64,000 nt of DNA, from NCBI GenBank assembly GCA_965603825.1, contig CBFDEM010000012.1, positions 310,001-374,000 of the forward strand, given 5' to 3'. Origin of the DNA: Blepharisma stoltei ATCC 30299 (lineage: Eukaryota; Protista; Ciliophora). The notes under the pieces are model-generated. The model searched no databases and was not told the origin of the DNA. It saw only the letters and a program-made list of their open reading frames with translations. Positions 36,816-48,906 of the stretch are shown here, piece by piece (position 1 is the stretch's first letter; each line of letters starts with the position of its first letter). The position numbers and the translations under genes are program-made.

Positions 36816-38438
36816 ATGGATTTAAAATGGTTCGCACTACTTATCGCGGTCACTTTGTCCGCTGATTGCGTTTTAGAAAATTTTGCTATTGGAGATGTGA
36901 ATATTACTTCAGAGGCTCAATTTAAAAACTTCACAAAGGAAAATGAACTGTTTCTTCTTGGAGTTTCAGCCAAATGGTGCAAGAATTGCTGCCATTATGA
37001 GCCGATCTACAAGCAAGTACTGGAGGTGCTTGATACCTTAACGCCAAGAATCAAGCTGGCAAGGGCTGATATCAGCAAAACCAATTTCATCAAAAAATTT
37101 ATGGCAGAAAATGATGAGGTCCCTGTGATTTATGCAGTGAAAAAAGGAAAGTTTTATAAATATCATGATTACGTGAACTTTGCAAAAATTGTCAATTTTG
37201 TAGACAGAATGTATTTACCAGTTATAACTTTGAAGAGTGAAGAAGAAATTGAAAAATTTTTAACGCCGCCAGAAGGCAATAATAACTATTTGACACTGGT
37301 TGCTTTTATATATGACGATGATGATGCTGATGACTCTTTAGCAAAGCAATATGAAAAAGTCTCGATGGCTCTGGCAAATTGGGTGAACTGCCAAGTGGGA
37401 ATTGTGAGAGACAAAGCATTGATCAAAGAATTAAAGCAAAGAGAAAAATGGATTCCTTACTTGAACAGCCTAGTTTTAAGTAAAAGAGGAGCCGATGATA
37501 AAGTTCTAGACTTAGCGCTCCCTCAGAACTTAGGGAATTGGATAACTAGAAACGGTGTAGGGCTGGTTGAAGAGCTTACCCCTTATAATTATCAAGTCTA
37601 CAAAGGAATTGGACTGCCTATGCTCATCATGTTTCTAGACAAAAACAATGTTAATATGGACGAATATCTTGATATTTTCAAAAAAGTCGCCAGGGACTTT
37701 GAAGACCATATAAAATTCGTTTGGCTTGATGGCACTGAAGAAATCAATAAGCAAAGAAAGCGAAAAATTGGGCTTGTGACTGAAATTCTTCCAAGTCTCG
37801 CTTTTAATTTAGCAGATGGAAGAATTTACCCATATTTGGAAGGAAAACCAATTACAAGGGAGTCTATTGCAGAATTTGTAACAGAATTTTTAGAAAATAA
37901 GCATTCAGTCAAAAATGTCCCTGACTATAAGCCAGATATTGAATTAGAAAAGAAATATAAAGACACTCCAATAGTCACAAGAGAAACTTTTGATGAATTG
38001 GTGCTTGGTGAAGGCTTTGACGTTGTAGTGCTATTTTATTCTTCCCACAAAAATCAGGAATCATACACAATAGCTCCTTACTTCAATAAGCTTGCTAAAA
38101 GATACGGCGAGCTGGAATTTACAAATTTGCGAGTTTATAGGATGGATGTAGCAATACAGTCAGTCCATAAATTTGTTAAGACAGATACTATTCCTTCGAT
38201 TTATTTATTCCCAGCTTTTCACAAACATCCGCCTTATATAAGATACACTGGAGACATGGATGTGCTTAGGATGATGTTTTTCGTCGAAAAGTACGTAGAT
38301 GTTAAATTCGAACTGCCTGATGTTCCACATTTAAGTCCAGATGAAGCTGAGGAATACTGGGATAAAAAGTCCAAGCTAACTCCTGAACAGCAGCAAGAAG
38401 AAGCCAAAAGGCATGAAATAAGACACTTTGACCTTTAA
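36816..38438 (+). CDS. PDI-like ER protein with four thioredoxin-fold domains
   Basis: Signal peptide, AKWCKNC in the first domain, last domain lacks CxxC, C-terminal HFDL resembling an ER-retrieval signal. Confidence 0.85.
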   Translation: MDLKWFALLIAVTLSADCVLENFAIGDVNITSEAQFKNFTKENELFLLGVSAKWCKNCCHYEPIYKQVLEVLDTLTPRIKLARADISKTNFIKKFMAENDEVPVIYAVKKGKFYKYHDYVNFAKIVNFVDRMYLPVITLKSEEEIEKFLTPPEGNNNYLTLVAFIYDDDDADDSLAKQYEKVSMALANWVNCQVGIVRDKALIKELKQREKWIPYLNSLVLSKRGADDKVLDLALPQNLGNWITRNGVGLVEELTPYNYQVYKGIGLPMLIMFLDKNNVNMDEYLDIFKKVARDFEDHIKFVWLDGTEEINKQRKRKIGLVTEILPSLAFNLADGRIYPYLEGKPITRESIAEFVTEFLENKHSVKNVPDYKPDIELEKKYKDTPIVTRETFDELVLGEGFDVVVLFYSSHKNQESYTIAPYFNKLAKRYGELEFTNLRVYRMDVAIQSVHKFVKTDTIPSIYLFPAFHKHPPYIRYTGDMDVLRMMFFVEKYVDVKFELPDVPHLSPDEAEEYWDKKSKLTPEQQQEEAKRHEIRHFDL

Positions 38439-38462
38439 GTTAATTAGACTTTATGAAATAAT

Positions 38463-39209
38463 TTACGCAATTTCTTTAGGTTGATTAAGAGATAATACTT
38501 GCTCTTCTTTATAATTTAAAATTCCCAATAAAGCATTTCTATATTTACAATATAAGAACATCGAAGCATAACTTAAAGCCGCAGTAATTACTATGGTAAA
38601 AACGACAAAGAAAGTTATGGGATTTGACGTAGGCTTATAAAAATAAGTTATAGTTTCATTAATAGGAGGAATTTCCCAAAAATCCTTCTTTATTATTCTG
38701 TTCTTGTCAATTAATAAATTTGCTGAAAACGTTTTATTTTTATAAGATATAACCGCATTGATAAAAGCCAGATTTTTTACAGATTCACTGAGATTTTCGT
38801 TATTTTTAAAGTCTTGTCTCTTTGGTGGGACCAAAATATCAAAATGCAACTCACTTGCGTCGAAAAAGCTGAATAAAGCTTCAGTCAGGTATTTTTTGTC
38901 ACTTTCTAAAGTATTAAATATTGGAGAAACATGCATAATAAGCTCAGTAGAGTTTGGAGAAGAGTTTTCTAAGACAATGTAATGTAATGATGTGGAATTT
39001 GTGTGAGTGTTATTGAGGAGAAGGACTAGGGAGTTCTGCAAGTTGCCTGTGGAGTTTGAGAAAATAAAGATAAGATCATAGAGTTCGTAAAAAGCATTGT
39101 GTTTGCCACTGATTTCTTGGTAGAAATTGTTGAGCAACAGTAGTGCTTCCGATTGCATATCAGCGCTCAGAACATATAAAGGGAAAATTAAAATTGCATA
39201 GTAATTCAT
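38463..39209 (-). CDS. Hypothetical type I membrane glycoprotein
   Basis: Signal peptide MNYYAILIFPLYVLSA, several NxS/T sites, C-terminal TM. Confidence 0.7.
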   Translation of the reverse strand: MNYYAILIFPLYVLSADMQSEALLLLNNFYQEISGKHNAFYELYDLIFIFSNSTGNLQNSLVLLLNNTHTNSTSLHYIVLENSSPNSTELIMHVSPIFNTLESDKKYLTEALFSFFDASELHFDILVPPKRQDFKNNENLSESVKNLAFINAVISYKNKTFSANLLIDKNRIIKKDFWEIPPINETITYFYKPTSNPITFFVVFTIVITAALSYASMFLYCKYRNALLGILNYKEEQVLSLNQPKEIA

Positions 39210-39397
39210 TTTAATTATCAGAGTAAAAGAGAATTTCAAATGAATTATTAATATTAAATTTTACATAATTCATTTATTTTGATGAAAGTTTCTATACACA
39301 TTATAATGATTCGGAATTTCTTTATAAATAAAAACATCTGAAAAGTAAAGAGCCTATTTCTATGCAGGCTGTAAACCCTTTTAATTTAAAGTTAATC

Positions 39398-39964
39398 ATG
39401 GGAAATATATCTGTCCGAACATTGAGTTATTCTCTGCTTAAAACTGAAGATGTAGCTATAGAACTTGAAGAGCTTAAAGTCGCTCCTCAGCATGATGATC
39501 CTTCTCCAAGAGCCTTATCCAGTGTAATATCTGTCCTTATAAATTCAGGAGATTCTATTAAAGCACTCCAAATACTTGAACAGTTTACCCCAGATTTAGC
39601 GTTTCCTGGCTCAGAAGTTTATCTTATTTTATCTTCCCAAGCCTTTATTGATCTGATAAGAGAAAATTCAGTGATTGAAGCGTTGGAATTGGCTCAGAAG
39701 CTTTTATCTCAATATAAAGAGTCAACGATAAAAGTATGGAATTATATAAATCAAGAATTCTGCGAAATTAAAATAAATGAAATTATGGGCTTATTGTGCT
39801 ATGTTTCTCCAATTGAAAGCGTGCTTGGGTATCTATTGAATGAAAAGCAGAGAGAAAAAGTTGCAGAAATTGTAAATCTAAGACTGAACCCTGAAGATGA
39901 AAAAAAGTCATATTTTTGCAATGCAGGGAAAATTTGGAAATGCTTGAAAAAGAAATCTAAATAA
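39398..39964 (+). CDS. CTLH/CRA-domain protein (GID/CTLH complex-like)
   Basis: INSGDSIKAL...FIDLIR...EALELAQ...MGLLCY...LLNEKQREKVAEIVN; start could be 39362. Confidence 0.7.
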   Translation: MGNISVRTLSYSLLKTEDVAIELEELKVAPQHDDPSPRALSSVISVLINSGDSIKALQILEQFTPDLAFPGSEVYLILSSQAFIDLIRENSVIEALELAQKLLSQYKESTIKVWNYINQEFCEIKINEIMGLLCYVSPIESVLGYLLNEKQREKVAEIVNLRLNPEDEKKSYFCNAGKIWKCLKKKSK

Positions 39965-40007
39965 TGTAATTAATGCAGGAAATTTTAATTTATTTTTCAT
40001 ATTATAA

Positions 40008-42032
40008 ATGCAAAATCCACTTCATTATTGGTTTTCAGACTCAGCCCTGTCTAATAAAATTCCAAACAGTAAGCAATGATTGCACTGAGTGACAGGAATC
40101 AATGATGAGCTTCCAATCGTCATGTCTCCTGAAGAAGCTTTAGACCCTCCAATTACATTTCCTCAGCTGTTTCAAAGCACAATTCTAAAATTCCCATTGA
40201 AAACTGCTCTGCGAATCAAAAAAGATAACGAATGAGTGTCTTGAACTTATCAAGAATACTACAACCAATCAGTCCAATTCGCTATTTCTCTAATCAGTTT
40301 AGGAATTACTCAAAGGAAAGCAATAAACATTATTGGATTTAACTCCCCAGAATGGCTCATCTCATTTTGCGGCTCTTTATTAGCTAACTGCATTCCAGTA
40401 GGAGTTTACACGACAAGTGGTACTGAAAGTTGCTTTTATGCCGCTGATCATAGTGAAGCCGAACTGATAGTAGTCCAAAATGAAACTTATTTGGCGAAGT
40501 ATTTAGAAGTGTGGGAAAAACTGCCGAAAATCAAAGCAATAATAGTTTATTGGCCAAAAGCTAGCCTATCAAAGTGGAAAACTGATACTAAATTAATATT
40601 CACATGAAGTGAATTTATGGAGCTCGGAAATAATGTAGACCCAAATGAAATAGAAAATAGAATTCAAGCTATAAGGCCTACACAAGCAGCAACCATTGTG
40701 TACACTTCAGGGACGACTGGGCCTCCTAAAGGAGTTTTACTAAGCCATGATAATTATATTTGGTGTGCCAAAAGGATATGTGAGCGATTTAAGCTTGATA
40801 GAGAGGATGAGCAAATAATTTCATTTCTTCCACTAAGCCATTCTGCAGCGCAATGCTTTGATATCTTTTGCTGCATATTTCTAGGAGGATGCTTAAGCTT
40901 CGCTGATGAAAATGCTTTGCAAGGCACCATTGCGAATACCGTTAAAGAAGTGCGGCCAACATTTTTCTTTGCAGTCCCAAGAATATGGGAAAAGTTTGAA
41001 GAAAAAATAAAAGAAATGATTTCATCCAGCACACCTCAACAAAAAAAACTGATAAGATGAGCCCAAAACGTAGCTGGAAAATCTATGATATCTCATATTG
41101 AAAATCAACCGCTAAATAGGTCTTATTATTTAGCTAACTCTATATTTTTTGAAAAAATAAGAGCTTTATTAGGATTTGATAGGTGTAGAGTGTTAGCAAC
41201 AGGGGCTGCTCCATTACCACAAAGCACATTTAATTTTTTCTGGTCAATAGGTTTGCATATATTAATTGGCTATGGAATGTCTGAAAATGCTGCACCTATG
41301 ACTTATTGTGGGCCAGGCCAATGAGCCTTAAATAGTGCAGGAAAGCCGCTCAGAGGCGCAGAACTAAAAATAATTAACTCAAAAATGGAAGAATTGCCAA
41401 TAGGAGAAATCGGAGAAATTTGTTTTAAAGGAAGAAACAAGTTTTTGGGCTACTTAAAAAATGAAGTAGAATCAAGAAAAGCCATTGATGCAGACGGATT
41501 TATACACTCAGGAGATGAAGGATATGTAGATATAAATGGATTTGTGTATATCACTGGGAGAATTAAAGAGCTCATCATAACTGCAGGAGGAGAAAAAGTG
41601 CCGCCTTTTATAATTGAAGAAAAGATTAAAAATGAATGCAATATATTAAACACTGTTTTAGTCGTTGGTGAAGGGAAAAAATATTTAGCAGCTTTATTAA
41701 GCTTAAAATATCAGCAGCTTCCAGATGGATCTTATAGTAATGAATTAAGCAAAGAAATTTTAGATGTTTTAACATCGATTGGAAGTGCTGCTGTAGATAG
41801 AAAATCAGGAGAAAATTGTGCAGCCTTAAGAAAGTTTATCCAAAAGGCAATTGATAAGTATAATAAGCATGCTTCAACGAGAGTCCATCAGATTAAAAAG
41901 TGAGGGTATCTTCCATCAGAGTTTTCAATTGCAGGAGGAGAATATACTCCAACGATGAAATTGAGGCGGCAATTTGCTAGCAAAAAGTATAAAGTTGATA
42001 TTGAAAAGCTTTTTACTCAGCCTAATATTTAG
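40008..42032 (+). CDS. Long-chain acyl-CoA synthetase (bubblegum/ACSBG-like), 674 aa
   Basis: One frame through eight TGA codons; YTSGTTGPPKG, FLPLSH, GYGMSE, HSGD, GRIKELIITAGGE, TPTMKLRR. Confidence 0.93.
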
Positions 42033-42469
42033 TAATTAATAAATTTATGGCTTAAATGCTTTATTATGGTTGGAAATTTAGATTTAATCAACTATTTTAG
42101 GCTATTTTTCCTTCAGCAGTTGATGTACTAATAATTATACCTATAATATTTAGATAGATGTATTATTTTATAATATTTTATTTTTCTTATAATCTTCAAT
42201 AAATTTTCTTAATAAATTAAAAATTATGAGCTATTATCTAAATATTACTTATTCGATAAATTTTTGTCAAATCAATATTTTTATTTATATTATAATTATT
42301 TAAATCTAAGAATTTAGATACAATTAATTAAAGGAAGCCTTCAAACTATGCAATAAAATGAAATTGTAATGATATTAAAAAGCTTAATGCTTATTTTTCT
42401 GACAACTTTCAGCTAAGGTTTTATTAGAAGAGCTCAAACATAAATTTATAATAATCTTCATAAAAATCA

Positions 42470-43033
42470 ATGTCTAATTTGTCTAATATACTAATTCCTG
42501 ATACTTCCCAAGCTGAGCATTCTCACCGCACACGAGAATCTTCCCAACCCTCAGTCCCTCGCAAGCGCATCACAGTTCCTCGATTACTTACAAATTTCCC
42601 AACATCTTCAAGCACCAACTCAACTAACACATCTTTCAAATATCTCTATCGAAGAAACGATCTTAATTCCTCTTTCCAACTACCTAGTAATAAACCTTTG
42701 AAAGTCCCACCTTTATTGAATAAATCAATAATTCTTCACAAAGTTAAAGAAAAATCAGACCGAGTAGGAATTGACATCAATGATGACTTATTTTTTTTAA
42801 ATGAATATAAGTGAGATTTACTTAGGAAAATTGAAATAAAAAAGCAAAGAGAATTATCATGTGCGAAATTTCCTTTTTGGTTTCAGGATTCCCTTTGTGA
42901 TGACTTGATGATAAAAGCTGTAAAAGAGTCCAAAAGGATTGAAAATTATGATAACATCTTAGGAAACGAAAGAAGAAATGAATTTTCTAAGTGGATTGTA
43001 CAGATGAAAGAAAACTTGTATAGGGATAGTTAA
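42470..43033 (+). CDS. Hypothetical protein, 187 aa
   Basis: Frame extends through TGA 42812 to TAA 43031. Confidence 0.65.
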
Positions 43034-43514
43034 AATAGTAAATTTAATGTTTATTAACTTTTGATTGGGAGTATTAAAATGTCGGTTCTTTTATTCTTAT
43101 TACAAAATTACAAATGAAAAATTATTTACAATTTGAATTATAAAGCAGATAAATATGAATTATAATAATCTCGCTCTGATTATGATTTGACAGCATCTGA
43201 TTATCTGATTAATGCTATCTTAGAAATAATTCAAGCAGTTTTTTATTTATCAAAAATTACCTAAATATTGACTATGACTTTAGAGTTGTATTTATGATAG
43301 AAGGATGCTAAAAAGTAAAATTAAAATTCAAATTAAATTGCTTAAGCATAATACTAATCAATGCGAGTTGACAATGCGTAGGATAAATCCAAACCTCCAT
43401 AATTAAGACAAATTCTCAATATGGAAAACCAATAAAAAATTGCCCGGCATCTGATTTCGTCTATCAGCTAAATTATTTCCCAAAAAATTAATTTATCACT
43501 TTAATAGCTTCCTG

Positions 43515-44275
43515 CTATGCAATGCCTTTTCCAGAAGTAAGCCATCTACTCATCTGCAACTGCCTGATCTCTATTAAGAACATTTCATCTTTTTTCTGCT
43601 TCCTTAGTAGGTAATAGTATCTCGCCATAGCTTGTTCCTTCGTAATTCCATTCATCTCTCTTACCACATTCTCCCAGCTTACCCTCCCACACACTTGATT
43701 TTTCTTAATTGCTTCTAATAATTTCCTGGTTGGGTTTTTCTGCCAGTGCTTGCCTTTTTCCTTGTATATGACTAGTAATGAGTTGATAAGGTCATCATCT
43801 TCGATGCTGCAATCTGAATTTCTATTCTCCTTCCATTCCAAGTCAGTTATTCGGCCAACTGCCTGTTCAGACATCATAAAATTGTTTTGTTGATCAAAAT
43901 CAGATTAAAACCATCATGGATTTGGGCATATTTGGAAGCAGAAATTTAGGGAAAGTTTCTCATTAAAGACCATGATTGGATCATCTTGAGCATTTTTAGA
44001 GTATTCGAGCGGGAATTTCTTTTGGGTTTCGCGGTTGAGGCGGGGTCTAAAAGATTCCGCGATGAGAGATGCCTTGTGTTGAAAAGTAAGGATTGAGGGG
44101 AGAGTGAAGGTTTTTGGTTGGTTTAAGGAAGTTTTGAAGGAGATTGGTGGGAGAGGGTTGCACAGGATTTTCGAAAATAAATACAGGATGAGTTTGGGGT
44201 TTGGAATTGGCCAGCCATCCTCTTTAATGGAATGGGATTATTGATGGCTTTTTTGCGCTCCATAGGTGTTTGCAT
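43515..44275 (-). pseudogene. Myb/SANT-like gene, apparently disrupted upstream of 43877
   Basis: 43515-43877 encodes LLEAIKK...VSWENVVREMNGITKEQAMARYYYL (SANT-like); upstream coding-like sequence has TAA stops not explained by 15-nt introns. Confidence 0.4.
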
Positions 44276-44855
44276 GGAGTAAAATGCAGAGGCCCCAAGT
44301 ATTTTTTACTCAGAGAGTAGAAAATGAGAAATGATTATCAATTATTTCTCGAAAGATATTTATGATTCAAATCCTAAAATATCCTTCTTAATCAATCAAG
44401 AATGAGTTAAGTTAGATTTCACAGTAAAGAAACTAAAAAGTGAAAAAAGTAAATGTACTTAATGAATTAATACATCAAATGTAGTTTATTATCTTAAGGT
44501 TTAAAACTACGAAGGTGACGCTTTAAGTGCTACAAATTTTAATAAAGGTAGCCCCTTAAATTATTTTTATTATTTTGAGTCTCTATAATAAATTATTTCT
44601 TACCTATAAGTTATTATTGCATCAGTGTATTTATAAATTAATTCTTTACATTGGAAAAGCTTACTATAATAAGCTTGCGTATCTGGTAATTAATTTGTAT
44701 TATATATAAAATGCTGATTCCGTTCTTCACATAATTTTCGTTAATTTTTGAAAAATTAATCAAGTGTTATATTGAAATTTCTATATAAAATGTTTGCCAA
44801 TTCCTCCAATAAAAAATGTTAGTTTCTTTAAATTTTTTAATTAAACTCTAAGCAT

Positions 44856-45266
44856 TTAACTTGAGGACAATAGTGAACTTGCAGCACTTGATGTGTCATC
44901 TCCGTTAACAGCATTATCTTCTTCAGAAACCACAAATTCAGTTTCTGTAGTCGACTCTTCTTGAGATACCTGAATAAAAGAATCAGAAGTGGGGCAAATT
45001 CCAACATAAGCAACAAGGTCTTGGTAATATAGTTCAAAATAATATTCAGCTTGAGATTGTACGTAGCTGTAGACATCTTCTGCGTATGCTTGAGCATACT
45101 CTTCAGCCTTTGATTTAGCATATTCATAAAACTCTGAAGGATCTGATTGAAGGAAATTTGTGGATTTGGCGGTTTTATCACGAGTTTGTAAGAAAGCGGC
45201 TTTAAATAAATCAGGTTTCACAGCAAATACACTTAGGCTGAGTAATAGAACGAACACGATTTTCAT
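44856..45266 (-). CDS. Small secreted acidic precursor protein with repeated F[LI]Q motifs
   Basis: Signal peptide MKIVFVLLLSLSVFA; AFLQ, NFLQ, SFIQ; Tyr-periodic helix. Confidence 0.75.
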   Translation of the reverse strand: MKIVFVLLLSLSVFAVKPDLFKAAFLQTRDKTAKSTNFLQSDPSEFYEYAKSKAEEYAQAYAEDVYSYVQSQAEYYFELYYQDLVAYVGICPTSDSFIQVSQEESTTETEFVVSEEDNAVNGDDTSSAASSLLSSS

Positions 45267-45655
45267 TTTATATTATTTTAATCGCATAATTTGTCTTAGC
45301 CGTTTTATTCATAAAAATATGGAAGCAAGAGAGCTCATTTTTGATAAAATTTGGATATCTCCAAAATTATCTTATAAATAGCCATTCATTGTGCTTATTT
45401 AAAAAGTTTATATTGAGAATATAATGTCGCAGATTAAGATAAAGAAATTTATATTAATATTTGAGCTTAATTTAAGATATTCTTATAATTAAGGGTATTT
45501 AAGCTTCTGCGTCTAAATGCTGCAGATTTAAGGAAATTTAGATCATAGGTCATTAATATAATATCATTTGAGTTTTGCTTGCACCAGTTATTATTATATC
45601 CTTTTACATGAAAATATGAGATAATTAAGACTTCTTAATGAGTTGATACAAATAA

Positions 45656-47947
45656 TTACCGATAGCTACTCCATGGATCAGGGCCATCTCCTGGAAGCGC
45701 TGTCTCTTCTGCCTTCTGAACGTTTTTCGTCCTTTCTTCACATTCAAATCCTTGACCTGATGTTTCTTTATAATCTGCAGTATCCCCAGCTGGCTGTTTC
45801 AGTGTATATGGTTTTTGGTTCTCATATTTGCTTCCTTCATATCTTCTTTCTTGGTAATTCCTTTGAGCTGGAGCTTGCCTTCTAGGTGACTCATATCTTT
45901 CATAATTTCTCTGATGAGGACTTCCATAATACCTTCTAGGCTCTTCAGGAATTTCATCCTGATATTCTCTGTTATAATTTCTCCGAGAAGATTCATAGTT
46001 TCTTCTCTCGTCCATAAATTGCCTATCATAGCTTCCTCGATAGGTTCCTCTCCCTCTCCCCTGCCACATTTCGTCGCTTCTTGTGTTGTCATATCTGCCG
46101 TAGTCTCTCTGAGAAGAATAATCGTTCTCATAAAAGTTTCTTTCTTCTTCAGGACGATCATAGTATCCTGTATTATAATTTCTATTAGGGGAGCTTCTTC
46201 TCTCTTCTTGATATTGCCTATTGTAGCCTCTGCCTCTACCTCTTTCTCTTCCTCTTCCTCTTGAAATTTCATCGTTTCTTTCATATCTATCATAATTTCT
46301 CTGAGGAGAATACTCATTCTCATAATAATTTTTTGGCTCTTCATTATATTGATCATAAAAGCCTCTATTATAAGTTCTTTGAGGGGACCCATATTTTCTT
46401 CTTTCTCCTTGATAATATCGATCATAACCCCCTCTATAACCTCTTCCTCTCCCTCTTCTGCTCTCTCTCGGCATATCATAGCTGCTTGGGTTCAAGCCTT
46501 GTGAATAAAAATTTGTTCCCCCTTCTATAAACGGCAACATTTCGCTATAATCTTGCGTCATTCTTCCCGCTGCTAGGTCTTCAAACCACTCGGGAATTTC
46601 TTGATTGCTTTCTCTCAACAAGCTCATAAGATCTCTAAATATTGATTGATTTCTGCTATTTATAAAAGAAAATGCCTTGCCGCTCTTTCCAATTCTTCCT
46701 GTTCTGCCTATTCTGTGTACATAATGATCAATATAATTCGGTGTGTCAAAATTTATAACGTTATCTATATCAGGGATATCTAATCCTCGTGACGCTACAT
46801 CTGTTGCTACTAAAATTTTGACTCTTTTACGCTTAAAGTCATCCAGAGCTTTTTCACGCTGGCCCTGGCTTTTGTCACCATGAATGCTTGCACAGATGAA
46901 TCCTCGTTTTGATAGCTCGTAGAAAAGTCAATCCACACTTCTTTTTTTCTCTAAAAAGATTAGAGTTATTCCTTGGAAATTTTGTAAAACTCTGATTAAA
47001 AATTCTAGTTTAAGGTGATCTTCTACATGGTATAAAGTTTGTGTAATATTTTCCGAAGTCGATCCTACTCTCCCAATAGCCAAAAATACGAAATCTTTCA
47101 TAAATGTGGCTGCAATTGCTTTCATTTCTTCTGGAAACGTTGCTGAGCACATTATTGTCTCATGATCATTCCCATGCATTGCCCTTAAAATTCTTCTGAT
47201 TTGCGGCTCAAATCCCATATCAAGCATTCTATCTCCTTCATCTAGAATCAAATATCTAACAATAGCTAAGTCAATCATGCCTCTCTCCAAAAAGTCAATA
47301 AGTCTCCCAGGCGTTGCTATTAGAATGTCAATCCCTCTATTTATTTCATTTTCTTGATTATAAAAATCTTTCCCTCCATGTACAACTACACATCGTATCC
47401 CTGTCTTATATGCAAATTTAAGCGCTTCTCTTTGAGTCTGGACTGCCAGCTCTCTAGTCGGTTCCAAAACTAATCCTATAGGAAATGCTTCTCTTCGTCT
47501 GATTTTTTCAGGTGGACCATCTTTAAGCATTTTCGCGAACATAGGGAACAGAAAAGCGGCAGTTTTCCCAGAGCCTGTTTGGGCGCAGGCCATAAGGTCT
47601 CTTCTTAAAATTGATATAGGGATCGCATGTCTTTGTACTGGGGTGGGTTTTTTATAATTCATTAAGGAAATGTTTCTTTGAAGGACTTCATGTATTTCTA
47701 CATCAGTAAATTCTTCAAGCACTGGCATTTCTTCACTGACTTCTATTGGAATATTATCATAGTCAGAAAAATGTATCCCACATGTGGATTCTTCTTTAAA
47801 AAGTTGTTCAGCAAGCTGAAGAGTTTCAGGATCAAGGAATCCATCACGGCCGTCTCGTGTTCCTCAGACAGTTTCGCTTTTTTCGAGCGTCGAAGCATTG
47901 TAAGAACGAGATGGGCGAGGTGGCGAGTGATGGAAATTTCTACTCAT
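45656..47947 (-). CDS. DDX3/Ded1/Vasa-like DEAD-box RNA helicase with long RG/Tyr-rich tail, 763 aa
   Basis: ATG 47947; TGA 47864 and 46928; PTPVQ, AQTGSGKT, PTRELA, TPGRL, DEGDRMLDMGFEPQIR, SAT, HGD, SRGLDIP, HRIGRTGR. Confidence 0.93.
45880..46460 (-). repeat. About three imperfect 55-60 aa tandem repeats in the helicase tail
   Basis: RGRGRG(Y)...ERR...S..RNYN...EE..N.YEN.YS.QR.Y.RY recurs three times. Confidence 0.75.
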
Positions 47948-48233
47948 TTTTTGTGAGAAATTGGGGGAAAGATGCAGAAATAAGGAGAATAGGAATAACA
48001 AGGATTATTGGTGAAGTAAATGAAAATTAAGATAAAAGATGGGAAAACAGTGAACTTGTTTTTTTTTGTGGCCTAAAGCCTATAGGCTTAGCTGAATTGC
48101 TCATCTTTATAATACCGAGTTTTTTATAAGAAATTGAATTCCTTATAAATCCGTACAAAAGTTTTAAAATAAAAAATCTTTGCCATTAAATGTGATAAAT
48201 TATGGATTACTGAATCCTTTTGCTTGCCTATAA

Positions 48234-48869
48234 ATGGCTTATTACTCTACCGGAAATTCATCTCTTCCAATTGATGCTGATTTTTCTCAATCCCTGCCAT
48301 ATTGCGTTTGAGTTCCTTGCATTCCAGACCTGTCCACGCATTCTTTCATACCGATCTATACCATTTCAAATTTCGCACAAAGTCAAATCTCTAGCATACC
48401 TGAGCGAAAAGTCCCTATAAGTAGAGGTGGAATGAAATGGAAACCGTGAAAGGAAAGCGAGGATAATTTATTAATAGAATTAGTTCAAAAGTATGGCACC
48501 AAACAGTGGGCAAAAATTTCATTAGAAGTTAATAATGCGTTACATGGCTCTTTAACTGTCCGAAATGGCAAACAATGCCGAGAGAGGTGGAAAAACCATC
48601 TGAATCCGAATCTAAACAGTAAAATCTATTTAGAAGGAGAATGGTCACTAGAAGAAGACTTGCTTCTAATGAAACAAAAACTCGAGGTCGGGAAAAAATG
48701 ATGCAGCATTGCCAAAAGGATGCCAGGAAGGACAGAGAACAGCGTGAAAAATCGATGGAATAGCTTGATCAAAGCTGCAAAAAAAATAAAGGAGCTAGAC
48801 AACACGGCAGATGATTTGATTGCTGCGATATTGATAGAGGAATTTACCGATAGTTTGAACAAACATTAG
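48234..48869 (+). CDS. R2R3-type Myb transcription factor (largely missed by ORF track)
   Basis: P-W(TGA 48447)-KESEDNLL...WAKIS...RNGKQCRERWKNHLNP; GKK-W(TGA 48699)-CSIAKRMPGRTENSVKNRW; intron 48619-48633. Confidence 0.9.
48619..48633 (+). other. 15-nt stop-less intron GTAAAATCTATTTAG
   Basis: Splicing restores the canonical Myb linker LNPNLNKGEWSLEED. Confidence 0.85.
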
Positions 48870-48906
48870 CGTAAGTCATTAATAAATTTTGAGAAATCCA
48901 TTCACA

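Noticed and set aside
36816-38438. Other selenoprotein candidates, such as the PDI-like redox motif or the SOD UGA
   Set aside because: The PDI-like gene has CxxC with no UGA; other UGAs align with Trp or non-catalytic sites, and I saw no SECIS-like hairpin after them.
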